Source: Phyllobates terribilis (Eukaryota). From it: a stretch of DNA of 64,000 nucleotides. Below, piece after piece: positions 12,790 through 25,719 of the stretch; positions within the stretch are counted from its first letter, which is position 1, and every line of letters begins with the position of its first letter. The stretch covers positions 546,654,001 through 546,718,000 of the forward strand of contig NW_027362771.1 in the NCBI RefSeq assembly GCF_046119375.1. The letters are read 5' to 3'. The notes below the pieces were generated by a model, which ran no database searches, was not told the DNA's origin, and saw nothing but the letters and a program-made list of their open reading frames with translations. The position numbers and the translations under genes were made by a program.

Positions 12790-15545
12790 CTACTGCAGTC
12801 TCAAAATTATTCAACCCCTTCATGACAAGTGTCTTTAGTACTTAGTAGAGTTCCTCTGGCTGCTATGACTAGAAATGAGCGAACTTGTTCGGAAAACGTT
12901 CGGTAATTTAAAATTCGGCATGAACATTGTACATTCGGATTCGTGTTCGGATTCCCGAGCATTTTGCTCAAAAGTCGGTCGAGCCCAAACCCGAACATCC
13001 CTGGTTTCCCACGCTGTCATCTGCGTGACAGCGTGGGAAACAGTGACTCTGATCATTGGTAATATCATTACCACGGGTCAGAGCGCTGCAGGATCACGCT
13101 GTCAGATGTCAGAGTGATCCCACAGTTGTGACAGTGACCGGCGGTAAAAAGCTCCCCAATGGTCACAGGCGTTGGCTGGTGACACTACTACCCCCATTAG
13201 CCGATGCCTGCTGTCAATGTAAACAGCGAGCGCAGGTGCCGCTGATGGGAGAAGTAGTCTCATCAGCCAGCGCCTGTGCTCACAGTGTAAAAAAAAAAAA
13301 TTAAAATAAATAGATATTAAAATAAAAAACACATTATACTCACCTATCCGCCGTAATCATTTGTCCCCTGGCAATCAGATCAACCGGCAGCACTCTATAC
13401 ACTGACAATATATAGTGCTGAGCTGCCGGGAGAGAGGTCACATGAGTTCATCAGCTGATTATCAGCTGCTCCGAATTTTCTCACTCAGTGGTGGTGCAGT
13501 AAGTGAGGTCACCGGAGCTCATCAGCTGATGAACTCATGTGACCTCTCTCCCGGGAGCTCAGCGCTATACACTGACACAGGAGCGATTTACACTCCTGTC
13601 AGTATATAGCCGACTGTCCTCTAGAACAGTCACATCAATGATTGCTGATGTGACTGCTCTAGAAGTGACCCAGATCTTCGTGGGACACTCTGGACTATGT
13701 CATCATGTCGGTCAGGTGAGGGATATGGTGGTTTTTTATTTTTGTTTTTTTACAGGTGACAATGGCTTTAGCGGATTAGGCGTTAGGTGAGTATACTGTG
13801 TTTTTTATTTTTAAATAAATGATTAAAACCGTGTGGATTTTTTTTTAAAATAAAGGATTTTTTTCAGGCTGTGTGTTTATTTATTATGGGGGTGTCTTAT
13901 AGGCGCCTCTCCATTACTAACCTGGGCTTCATATCAGCTGCCAATACAAGGCTGACATGAACCCCAACCCTATTACCCCATTTGCCACCGCACCAGGGCA
14001 AGTGGGAAGAGCGAGACTAAGTGCAAAATTTTGGGCATCTTATTGTTGCACCGTATTTGGGGTGGCTGAGGGCTGATGTTATTAGCCTCGGAGGGCGCCA
14101 GCTTCCAAGACCCCTTCCCTGGCTACTAATACCAGCTCACAACTGTCTGTAATAATATCAGTCCTCAGTGGCCCCAGAAATGGAGCATCAATAAGATGTG
14201 CCAAATCTGGCCTTTAGACTCCGCTTTTCCCACTTGCCCTGGTGCGGTGGAAAGTGGGGTAATAGGTTTGGGGTTCATGTCGGCCTCATATTGGCAGCTG
14301 ACATGAATCCCAGGTTAGTAATGGAGAGGCGTCTATAAGATGCCCCCATTACTAACCCCATAGTCAAATTTGAAATAAATTAACACCCAGAATAAAGTCT
14401 TTAATTTTAAATATTGACACGGACTTCTTTATTTAAAAAAAAAACAAAAACACTTTTATACTCACCTGTATTCCCATTCCATTGAAGCCCATGTCTCCTG
14501 TAACGAAAGTAAAATAATAAAGCAACATAATGCTCACCTGTCCCCAATGTGAAGATAATCCTTCAGATACCCTTGTCCCCTGTAAATGAGTTAAGAAAAA
14601 AAGAAAAAACATATTCCTCACCTTTCCGACGTGCAGATAATAATCCATTTGTGTCCCGCGGCGTGTCCAGCTCTGCTACATCTGGCATGATGCTAGCGTT
14701 CAGCCTGTCAGGCAGCAGAGACACTGAACTGTGCATGCTAGCACAGCTCAGTGCCTCACGGTGCCGTCAATCACATGACCGGTGTTCATAACCAATGAAC
14801 TCCATTCACCTCAATGACATTAAGCGACCGCCATGGGAAAGTTGTCACATCGCTCGCGGTGACATCATTGAGGTCAACAGAGTTTATTATCAGCACGTCT
14901 GAAAGGTGAGGAATAGTAGTCTCATCAGCCGGCGCCTGTGACCGCGGTAAGCTTTTTACCGCGGGTCACTGCCAAAGCTGCGGGATCACGCTGACATCTG
15001 ACAGTGTGATCCCGCAGCGCTTTGACCGGTGGTAACTATATTACTGACAATCAAAGCCCTGTTTTCCACATTTCCACGCTGTCACGCAGATGATAGCTTG
15101 GGAAACTACTGATGTTCAGGGCCCCGTTTGGGTTGGGGCTTGGGTGCCCAAACACGAACCTTTTTTTGATGTTCAGGTTTAGTCGACAAACCTGAACATC
15201 AAAACGTTTGCCCATCTCTAGTTATGACCTGCTGCAAATGTGATGTATAGCCAAACACCAGCTTCTGGCTGTGTTCCTGAGGAGTCTTGGCCCATTCGTC
15301 ATGGACAATAGCCTCCAGGTCACTAATATTCTTGGGTTTGCAGCTGCACCTGCCTTCTTTACATGCCACCAAAGATTCACAATCTTCCATGACTTCTTCT
15401 CAAATCAAGTCTTGGTGTATTTTCGAGGTATTCTTGGGATGATTGTCCTGTTGGAAGGTCCAATGATGCCCAAGCTTTTAGAAGAGATTACATTTTCTCC
15501 TATGATTTCCTTTAGCTTGATTAAATCCATTTTACATCAGGGATA
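12790..15545 (-). mobile_element. Tc1 3'-end fragment split by a hAT-type insertion (12790-12869 and 15221-15545)
   Basis: TIR-like CAGTCTCAAAATTATTCAACCCC. The sequence is continuous across the insertion, and minus-strand remnants read KNISDLEAIVHDEWAK. Confidence 0.7.
12870..15220. mobile_element. Non-autonomous hAT-type fold-back element (2.35 kb)
   Basis: TIRs TAGAAATGAGCGAAC / GTTTGCCCATCTCTA and an 8-bp TSD GCTATGAC / GTTATGAC (7/8). Several nested inverted-repeat arms. Confidence 0.85.
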
Positions 15546-15649
15546 AAAAAACACACACCCCAAGAGCAGGTCTGAACCGGATTTCTCTGTGTGATATTGT
15601 AATAAGGTCACAGAAATCTCAATGCCTGTACCTACTGTTAATGCAGGTG

Positions 15650-15985
15650 ACGGGGGAAGAGCAGAGCTGTGTGCCATCACATACACCTCTTTGATTGCAT
15701 GCCAGACATGCAGCTCTGATCTCCTGGCATTTCTAATCACAAATAAAGCAGAGAGGTGTATGTGATGACACACAGCTCTGCTCTCCTCCTGGCATTTTTA
15801 ATTATAGATAAAGCAGAGAGGTGTATGTGATGACACACAGCTCTGCTCTCCTTCTGGCATTTCTAATCACAAATAAAGCAGAGAGATGTATGTGATGACA
15901 CACAGCTCTTCTCTCCTTCTGGCATCTCTAGTCACAGATTTAGCAGAGAGGTGTATGTAATGACACACAGCTCTGCTCTCATACC
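15650..15985. repeat. ~60-65 bp minisatellite
   Basis: About 5 copies of AGCAGAGAGGTGTATGTGATGACACACAGCTCTGCTCTCC..CTGGCATTTCTAATCACA. Confidence 0.7.
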
Positions 15986-16089
15986 CTACCAATAATCACA
16001 GTAGCTTCTGGCAGTGAGAGCTATGTTTTCTGCTTACACATATTAATCTTTGCAGATCACACAGAGAAAGCCTGTTGTAAGCTTTTCTG

Positions 16090-18775
16090 TGTTAGAACCC
16101 TCCTGTTAGTTTTTTCTATTTTGCTGGTCACATGAATTTTTGCCTATTTAATCCAGCTCCGCCCCCCTGGCCTTGCTGGACTTCAGTGTTACATTTACTC
16201 TTAAGCTAGCCCTGTGCCTTGTACCTTACTCTGTAGTTTTTTGGGCTACATTATCTCCAGCGAGGGCTTTGAGATGGACCCGGTGAAGGTTCAGGTGGTT
16301 CAGGAATGGCCTAGGCCTATTGGTTTGAAACCAATACAGAGATTTTTGGGTTTCGCCAATTATTACAGAAAATTCATTAAGAATTTTTCTATAATTGTTA
16401 AGCCGCTGACTGATCTTACCAGGAAAGGTGCGAATACGGTCCAGTGGACTACTGAGGCCATTGAAGCTTTTGTGTATCTCAAGGAGAGGTTCAGTTCTGC
16501 CCCCATCCTTATGCAGCCTGTTGAGACCAAGCCTTTTTTGGTCGAGGTTGATGCTTCTTCGGTGGGGGTCGGTGCTGTTTTGTCTCAGGAAAACAAGGAT
16601 GGAGTACATCCCTGTGCTTTTTTTTTCAAAAAAAATTTCTGAGACCGAACTTAATTACGATGTCGGTAATCGGGAATTGCTGGCGATTAAACTCGCATTT
16701 GAACATTGGCGTCATCTCTTGGAAGGTGCTAAATTTCCCATTCAGGTTTTTACTGATCATAAGAATCTGATCTATCTTGATGCTGCCAAGCGCTTGAATG
16801 CCTGTCAAGCTAGGTGGGCACTTTTTTTTCCGCGGTTTAATTTTTCTGTTACTTACATTCCGGGTACCAAGAATGTAAAAGCTGATGCTTTATCTCGCAG
16901 TTTTTCTCCCATGGTTGGTACCGAGGAGGAGGAGAGCATTTTACAGGAAGGTGTTGTGATAGCAGCATTGGACTCCGTTTTGGAAGATGGGATTCTGAAA
17001 GCCCAGGAGGATGCCCCATCTAACACTCCCATGGGAGGTTGTTTGTGCCTAGGAACTTTAGGAGAGATTTGTTTGTGGAGTGTCATGACTCTCGGTTGGC
17101 AGGTCATCCAGGAATTTCGGAGACTAAGAAACTTGTAGGTCGCAGTTTTTGGTGCCCTGGGTGGCAGAAGGAAGTCATTAAGTGGGTGCGTCAATGTACT
17201 GTGTATGCTAGATCTAAGTCTTCACATGCTCCTGCTGCAGGGTTGCTTTGCCCTCTGGAGGTTCCTAGTGCTCCTTGGACGCATCTTGCTATGGATTTTA
17301 TTACTGACCTTCCTGCCTCTGAAGGTTTCACTGTTATCTGGGTGGTCGTGGACCGTTTTAGCAAGATGTGTCACTTGGTTCCCTTCATCAAACTGCACTG
17401 CGCCAAGACACTCGCTAAGGCTTTTGTTAAAGAAATTGTCAGGCTCCATGGCGTTCCTACCGACATTGTTTCCGATAGGGGACCTAATTTCGTGGCTCGT
17501 TTTTGGCGTGCCTTTTGTGACAGGTTGGGAGTCCATTTGTCATTTTCATCTGGTTATCATCCTGAGTCTAATGGACAGACAGAAAGAAAGAACCAGGATG
17601 TTGAACAGTTTTTGCGTTGTTTTGTGGCTGACAATCAAGAGGGATGGTCTGAGTTTCTGCCACTGGCTGAATTTGCTCTTAACAACCATACATCCTCTTC
17701 TGCTGGGTGTTCTCCTTTTTTTTGTTGTACTGGGAGACATCCGTCGTTTGGGTTATTCTCCAAATTGGTATCGGCTGTGCCTGAGGAGGAGAATTTTTCC
17801 GGTGATTTGGAGAGAGTTTGGACTGATGTACGTCGTAACCTTCAAGAGGCTAACAAAAAATCCAAGAGGTACTTTGCCAGGAAACGTCAAGAGGTTTTGT
17901 TTACTGTTGGTGACATGGTTTGGTTGTCCTCTAGGAATCTGCGGTTGAGGATTCCTTCTAAGAAATTGGTCCCGAAGTTTGTGGGTCCGTTTAAGGTGCT
18001 TCAGGTAGTTAACCAATCTGCTGTTAGGTTGGAGGTTCCTACCTCCTGGAAGATTAATCCGGTGTTTCATGTTTCCTTATTGAAAAAAGCTGATGTTTCT
18101 GATAGGGACGCCACTGTCTCTGTTCCTCCGGTGGAGGGAGACGGTGAATTTGAAATTTCTCGCATTCTTAATTCTAGATGGCTTAGAGGGAGATTACAGT
18201 ATCTCGTCGCTTGGAAAGGTTTCGGTCCCGAGGATAACTCCTGGGTAAGGGCGGATGATGTCTCTGCTCCTAGACTTGTTGGAGCGTTTCACAGGAGGTT
18301 TCCTGATAGACCTGGGCCTGGAGGATCCGGAGGATCCTCATAGAAGAGGGGGTACTGTTAGAACCCTCCTGTTAGTTTTTTCTATTTTGCTGGTCACATG
18401 ACTTTTTGCCTATTTAATCCAGCTCCGCCCTCCTGGCCTTGCTGGACTTCAGTGTTACATTTACTCTTAAGCTAGCCAGGTGCCTTGTACCTTACTCTGT
18501 AGTTTGCTTGGTCTCTTGACCACTAGTACTTCTGTTTGTTTGTTTGTCTTTGCTCTGCTACGATTTCCGCTAGGAGGTGTCCAACTATATCCCAGTCCTT
18601 AGTTCTTGTAGGGACCCCTTCCTTATATCTATAGGTCTGCGTTCAGACTAGCTGAGGACTTAGGCGGGTCTGTCCACAAGGAACAGGTCCCCCGCTGCAT
18701 CGTAGGGAATCAGCTTAGTCCTATTGTAGGGACAGTTTTCCTATCTTTCCTTAGTGTTTGTAGCAGTTCATAACA
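16090..18775 (+). mobile_element. pol: Internally deleted Ty3/Gypsy chromovirus (truncated 5' LTR fused to pol; complete 3' LTR 18356-18775)
   Basis: 5-bp TSD TTCTG on both sides. The first ~148 bp match the 3' LTR start, then jump to FLGYIIS (late RT). RNase H, HHCC/DDE integrase and chromodomain follow with frameshifts. PPT GAAGAGGGGGTAC. Confidence 0.92.
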
Positions 18776-19187
18776 TTCTGGGTGCGTTTTCTTTGTCCTT
18801 TTTCCCAGACACATGATGTCTCCTGCTTATCTTTGAGCTACATCATACAGGGAAAAAAATAACTGCCCCTTTAAACCACCTCCTTGGTTAGAGTGGAAAT
18901 TATCATATAATCTTTCAAGCTAATGTCTCTGCAATGGAGATGAGAAATAAATAAAATAAAAACTGCCAACTTGTTTTAAAATGTGTGCTGATTTAATCTG
19001 GATCGTGGCGAGAGCTACGATCTACGACTCGTTTTAAATCTGAGGCCAAACTGTAAAGTCCCTTTCCCAAATCCCAAGCATAGCCGCAGGATGCACTGTT
19101 CGAGGTTAAGTCACTGCATCCCCTGAACTTCATGATAAACTCTATTGTAACTGCTGACATAAGATTTTATCCAATTTGCTTCCACAG

Positions 19188-19256
19188 GATTTGTCTATGA
19201 AAAACCTGAAATCATCTCGATAATTGAAGAATTTCAAGACCAATACCATACAGCAG
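19188..19256 (+). CDS. KRAB-B box exon
   Basis: 69-nt phase 1-1 exon (G)FVYEKPEIISIIEEFQDQYHTA. Acceptor TTCCACAG|, donor CAG|GTAACC. Confidence 0.85.
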
Positions 19257-19492
19257 GTAACCGATAAAGGAAATCTGGCATTTGTGTCTTGTAAATTTCT
19301 GAACTTCACAGGTTTTATGTCTTTTTGTACCATGTTCTCCATCATTATTTCAGCTCGTTCTCCACAGTTCACTTTGCAAATAGTCTCAATCTAGTAGCGA
19401 TTCCTAAAGTAATATTTTCCTAAACTAAAAATCTGGTGAATAGGGGTTAGGCAACTGACACAGTTCCTGATTGATCCATGATAAAAGCTGAT

Positions 19493-20288
19493 TGTTACGG
19501 ATCCGGGTGGTGGAACCTCTGTGCTGCGGTGCAAGGAGGGACCAGAGGGGTGTGACTAAGTATCTACTTGGCCCGACCAAGGTCGCACGGCGGCTCGGTC
19601 GACTCTGTGAACCAGGGAGGTAACGAGCAGAGGGACCAGGTGCCACTCTGGGACTGACCTTGTATGAGAGCAGGTGACTCCCACAGGTCAGAAGGCAGGA
19701 ACTGACCGGTACAGCGGATGAGCACGGCAGGCAGGCTGACGGGTGGTCCGGATAGACAAGCAGGCTGATTCAGCTGATAGCTAGACGGGTGCTCTGGGTA
19801 AGCAGGCAGGTGCTTCCAGGTAAGTGGGCTGGCGGGCACGGCAGGTAACAGGCAGGTGCTTCCAGGTAAGCAGGCGGGCAGAGCCCATAGACAGATTGGT
19901 GGACTGGACTGTAGACAGACTGTCAGGCTGGAGGGAAGTCAGACTGGCGGACTGGACTGAAGATCAGACTGGCGGACAGGACTGACTTGCAGAGGACCTG
20001 AGGGCTGAAGCAAAGTAAGTTTCACAGAACAACAACCTTGCACGGGCACCTCTATATTGGAGGAGGTGCCCTTTATAGAGAAAGTACTCTGGCCATTGGC
20101 CGGGGACTTTTTAGGATGGCGCGCGCAGCCCCTTTAAGAGGGAGGGAGCGCACGCCCTAAGCACAGAGCCAGGGAAGCTGCGTGCATCAGCAGCAGCTGC
20201 AGGGAGGCCGGAAGACGCCGGAGCAGGACTGCGGCGGTAAGGGGGACGGTGTCTCTGCCTGGCAGGGGGCAGAGACGCCGATGCTACA
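19493..20288 (-). mobile_element. Solo LTR related to the 48248-54368 chromovirus
   Basis: TGTTACGG...GATGCTACA with a 5-bp TSD CTGAT. Both ends are homologous to LTRs 48248-49401 and 53413-54368. Confidence 0.9.
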
Positions 20289-20464
20289 CTGATCCATGTC
20301 TGTCCCGTTTCAAGTGTAGTACATGGTTTCTCCATTGACATAAGGTTGGGATAAGCAAACCTAGAAATGCGGTCACATTTTCTGGGTTTCACCAGTGGTG
20401 TCACTCACCTTTGGTTCACATTTTTCCTTTTTACATGTTTGTTTTTGTGTCCAAAATAAGGTGC

Positions 20465-21434
20465 TGTGACAACACAGCTTCTAATCTTAATTAGCTATAC
20501 GTCTAGATTTGTTAGGCCAAGAGAAATACACAATTGTGTTTGTGTTGTCTTTTGATTGTATGTGTTTTTCTTTGGCTGGTTAAGAAGGACATATTAGTAT
20601 TTGTATAAACCTGATTGTCGACTAGTGACATATTGCACTAAGCCAGCTAGTTGTTGCTTTTACAAGAGCTGGGGGATACCAACTATTTAAATTAAGTGCT
20701 CAAACAATGAGACCTGAGCCCTGCACCTTTCCCCTTGACCTTTGATTGATGACCTGAGCCACAGAAAAATATAAAAAGGGATTTCTTTCGTGCTGCAAAG
20801 AGAATCAGATTCAGAGACACTCTTCAGGATAGTAGCTTGGTAGCATGGCTCGATCCAGAGGGGGTCAGATTTGGATTCTACAGGATTCCAGCCTAAGGGT
20901 ACACGGCCCTGACTGGAAGGATACTGATCTACTCCATTGACCATGAGAGAACCCATGGATACATTTGGGGAAACCAGGTTGGGACAATGAGGTCACTTGA
21001 CCCCATGGATATGTTGTTTGGGGTTTCCAGGTGGGACCCTCCGGTCGCCTGGATCCCATGGAGACGTTCGGAGAAGCCAGACTGGACCAGTTGGTTATCT
21101 GGCCCCATGGAAACTCTCGGAGAAGCCAGGATGGGACACTCGGGTCTCCTGACCTTGTACCTCGATAGAATGTCAGCTTCCTAAGCTTGCCACTACCTCT
21201 TTTCTGTGGTGGGCCGCCAAAAGCGGGGGGCCACTGGTTGAGGTAGTTGGCCCTCGAAGTCCCAAAGTCACAGTTGATCTATTCCCGGCGGGCCAAAAAA
21301 AGGGGTATTTGCTGGGATTGTTCTATCTGTTTATTGTCTGTTTGGTGGTTCAATAAAATATTGCCACACTGTGTTACCCTAACGCTGTGTTGTCTGAGTA
21401 GTATTACACCCAAGGAAGACTCCGGGTCTTCACA
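20465..21434 (+). mobile_element. Solo LTR (970 bp)
   Basis: TGTGAC...TTCACA with a 5-bp TSD GGTGC. AATAAA at 21352-21357 is followed by GT-rich sequence. Confidence 0.85.
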
Positions 21435-21450
21435 GGTGCATATTAGTTTA

Positions 21451-24400
21451 CCCCTTTAACGACCATCGATACGCATTTTTACTGTGTGATTAGCAGGAAA
21501 ACCTAAAAAACCCCGATATAAACCTGTTATCACTGTAATCACACTGACCTGAAGAACAAATCCACCTTATCACTTATCCCGCACAGCGAACCGTGCAAAA
21601 ATAAAAACAATTCTTGTACTGCTGTCTATTGGTTCATTCTACCTCCCAAAAATCGGAATAAGGCTCAGCTCACATTTATTTTTCGCTCTCCGCTGAGCGC
21701 TTACGTCGGGGTTTCTGTCTAAATTCCCCAAAACCACGATTGATAAAAAACCCAAAACGGAACCACTCACTTATAAGGCAGATGGAGTCACTTTGGAGTG
21801 GTCTGTGTTCCAGCGGTGTAGCATCATTTTTGGCATCTTCTTAGCGCACAAGTGTGGGCGACCACAGATCTGTGCACACCTAAATAGGAGGATACCACCT
21901 GAGTAGACGCCAAATGGACTCCAAAGTGTCTCCATCTGCCTCATTATGGTGAGTGGTTCCATTAGGGGTTTCATCAGAATCACATTTTTGTGGGACTTAC
22001 ATGGAAACCCCAACGTAAGTGCTCAGCGTAGAACACAATAAAGTGATCCCAGCCTTATTCTGGAAGTAGTTGAAAAATGTTATGTACCCTAAAATTTTAC
22101 CAGTAAAACCCTAATTTATCCTGCACAAAACCAGCCCCCACTCAGGTCCGTCATCTGTCACTGGAACTATAGGGGGTCCCACGTTACTGATAGGACAGAG
22201 ACTCTGTAAAAGGGACATGGCTCCCACCCCCTCAAATAAAACCCAGTGAATTCTGCGCTCCCAAATCCAAATGCCCCCCTCCTTCTGAGCCCCACTGTGC
22301 CTAAACAACAGTAAGCGGCCACATGTTTGGCATTATTGTAGTGGGGAGAGAGCACTTAACAATTTACGGGGTGTGTCTCGCCAGAAGCACAAGCTGGGCA
22401 CAATGTATGAGGGCCCTACCAACTACACTGTATGGAGGCATAAAATATGAGCACTAAACTGGCATATTTGCAATTCTCCAGGAAAAAAGCCTGGCGTGGA
22501 TGTTACAAAATAGTCACTGCAGCCGTAGAGGTGCAATTTATACAATAGGGTCACTTTTGTGGTTTTTCTGCTTTTCTGCCACCTTTAGGGTTCCGCAAAT
22601 GTCGCCTGCAAACTATTTTAGCTAAATCTGTACTGCAAAACCAAATTTCGCTCCTTCTCAGCCCTGACGTGTGGCTTAACAGTAATTTCTGACGACATGT
22701 GAGGTATCACCGCATTTGGGAGAAATTGCATAACAAATTATGGGGTCCGTTTTTACCTATTATCCATTGTGAAAATTAAAAATTTGGGGCTAAAACTACA
22801 TTCTTGTGAAAAAATTAAAATTTTCCATATGACAACCTAATGTTATCAAATTCTGTGTAGTACCTGTGGATTCAAAATGCTCACTATAGCCCTGGATAAA
22901 ATTCTTGAGGGGTGTAGTTTCCAAAATGTGGTCACTTGTGGGGGGTTTTCCACTGTTTAGGCACATTGGGGGCTCTCCAAATGCGACATGACGTCTGCAG
23001 ACAATTCCATCAAAGTCTGCATTCCAAAACGTCACTCCTTCCTTTCCGAGCCCTGCCGTGAGCCCAAACAGTAGTTTCCCCCACTTATAGGGTATTGGCG
23101 TACTCAGGAGAAATTGCACAGCAAAGTATTGTGTCCATTTTCTCTTGTTACCCTTGTGAAAATAAAAAAAATTGGGTCTGTAAGTACATTTTGTGGGAAA
23201 AATGTGTTTTTTAATTTTTTTATTTTTACGGCTCTACGTTATGGGGTATCAGCTTACTCAGGAGAAATTGCACAAAAAAATGGTATGGTGCAATTTCTCC
23301 TGTTACCCTTATGAAAATGCAAACTTAGGGGCAGAAAAACATTTTATGGGAAAAATGTGAAGATTTTATTTTTTTGGCTCAATGTTATAAACTTCGGTGA
23401 AGCACCTGGGGGTTCAAAGTGCTTACCACACATCTAGATACATTCCTTGAGGGGTCTAGTTTCCAGAATGGGGTCACTTCTGGTGGATTTCCACTGTTTA
23501 GGCATATCAGGAGCTCTCCAAACGCGACATGGCGTCTGCTCTCAATTCCAGCCATTTTTGCGTTCAAAAAGTCAAACTGTGCTCCTTCACTTCCGTGCGC
23601 CCAAACAATAGTTTTCCTCCACATATGTGGTATCGGTGTACTCAGGAGAAATTGCACAACAAATTTTGGGGTCCATTTTATCCTGGTACCCTTTTGAAAA
23701 TAAAAAAAATGGGACTAAAGTAACATTTTTGTGAAAAAAAGTAAAATGTTCATTTGTTCCTTCCATCTTGCTTCAGTTCCTGTGAAGCACCTGAAGGGTC
23801 AATATACTTCTTGAATGTGGTTTTTTAGGGGTGCAGTTTTTAGAATGGTGTCACTTTTGAATATTTTCTGCCATAGGGCCCCCAAAGTCACTTCAAATGT
23901 GATGTGGTCCCTAAAAAAATGGTTTTGTAAATTTTGTTGGAAAAATGAGAAATTGCTGATCATCTTTCAACCCTTCTAAGTTACTAACAAAAAAAATATG
24001 TTTCAAAAATGATGCAGATGTAAAGCAGAAATAGAAAAAACTGATCGGCGCTTCCAAAACAAGAAATAGATGTGAACAGGTGCTTACTAGGAGCAGCCAT
24101 CTCCATATACAACTAACAAACAAAGTAGCACTCTGTAACGCTAAGTATGCAAACATGAAATATATGAAATATAAATAGCATTACTGATGTAGAAAATAGA
24201 AATAAATGTGAAATCTAAGCGCATAAATTGGCCAATTCATGTGTACCTGGTAGCCGCGATAAGGCGTTTCTCAAAATACCAGGACCTTATCAATGTGAAT
24301 TCCTCTCTATGAGACATCTGTCTGCTTATGTGTGGGATAATAACATCCTGCTGTAATTAAAATCGCCTGTGGCATAGAGGCGGAGTGCTCAAAGCTTATA

Positions 24401-25076
24401 AGTAGAAACGGAAAAAACTGACCAGCACTTCCAAAACAAGAAATAGGTATGAACAGGTGCTTACTAGGAGCCGCCATCTCCATATACAACTAACAAAGTA
24501 ACACTTTGTTACGCTAAGTATGCGAACATGAAATATGAATAGCTGCTGTAGAAAATAGAAATAAATTAGAAATCTTAGCAAATAAATTGGCCAATTCATG
24601 TGTACCTGGTAGCCGGGATAAGGCGTTTCTCAAAATATTTTTTTTTCTGTTTCTATGTATAAGCTTTGACTGAGCACTCCACCTCTATTTCATATATTTC
24701 ATGTTCCCATACTTAGCGTTACAGAGTGCTACTTTGTTTGTTAGCAGTTGTAAAGTAGACATTGTGGAAATGTTGTTCATGCACTATTTTTTGTGAAATA
24801 ACTCTCTGGTTTAAGGGCATAAGAACAAAAAGCTTGAAAATTGCGAAATTTTTAAAATTTTTCGCCAAATTTCCAATATTTTCACAAATAAACGCCAGTC
24901 ATATTGAACAAATTTTACTACTATCATGAAGTACAATATGTCACAATAAAAAAAATCTCAGAATCACTGAGATCTGTTGAAGTGTTCCAGAGTTATTACC
25001 ACATGAAGTGACACTGGTCAGATTTCAAAAATTTGGCTTGGTCATTAAGGTTAAAATTGGCTTCGTCCATTAGGGG
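21451..25076. mobile_element. piggyBac-like non-autonomous element with internal long tandem repeats
   Basis: TTTA|CCCCTT...TAGGGG|TTAA termini. Repeated blocks such as TACTCAGGAGAAATTGCAC at ~23101, 23256 and 23640. No transposase. Confidence 0.6.
24030..24743. mobile_element. Penelope-like insertion (partial tandem plus inverted tail)
   Basis: ~375-bp unit, a partial second copy (24401-24636), then inverted copies of 24374-24417 and 24113-24168. Flanked by GCAGATGTAAAGCAGA / GCAGTTGTAAAGTAGA (14/16). Confidence 0.55.
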
Positions 25077-25527
25077 TTAATAAAACATCTTTATCAGGGT
25101 CACAGCTAAGGTGAAACATTGACAAGATATGCATTTAACACTTGCAGATTTGTGGAAATTTTTCACCTTGTCTGGATTTGGCCTTAGAGATTGTAAGGAG
25201 TGCAATTGCTAAAGCTTAGGCCCCCGTCTTGGCAAACATATTATGGCTGTGTCAACTTTTTTTTAAAATATACAGAATTGTATGTAGAGCCTAACTTCAT
25301 GGTTGCTCTGTACACTAGGAGCTAGGACCCACCTTCTCTCAACTACCCATCTCTTGCAATTAACATTTAACCCTGTGCTACTTGCTTGGAGCCCATTCTC
25401 TCATTACAAATTCTAGAAAAATTGCACTTGGCTTGTACGCCTTCTTTGCCTACATGAAGATCCCACCATGATTGGCTGCTTTTCGGCCTACAAAAAAGTA
25501 AGGTCAAATCTTGTTCTACTGTTGCAG

Positions 25528-25719
25528 ATGTGCAGCCCATCAGGGTGAAAGAGGAGCCGGAAACTGAAGTGTCCACTGCATATGGGACATCGGAGAGTTC
25601 TGTGGGCAGAAAATCGGGACGTCTGTTACATGCGCAAATGTGCAATAGAGTTGAGCAGCCGGCCTGTCACTCAGAAGCCCCTATAGGGCAAGATCTGGTA
25701 GATCAAAGTTTCTATAAAG
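25528..25719 (+). CDS. Linker exon, repeat module 1
   Basis: 192-nt phase 1-1 exon (D)VQPIRVKEEPETEVS...QDLVDQSFYK. TGTTGCAG| and AAG|GTAATA. Confidence 0.85.

Noticed and set aside
19142-19372. 76-aa minus-strand ORF
   Set aside because: It is the antisense shadow of the KRAB-B exon.
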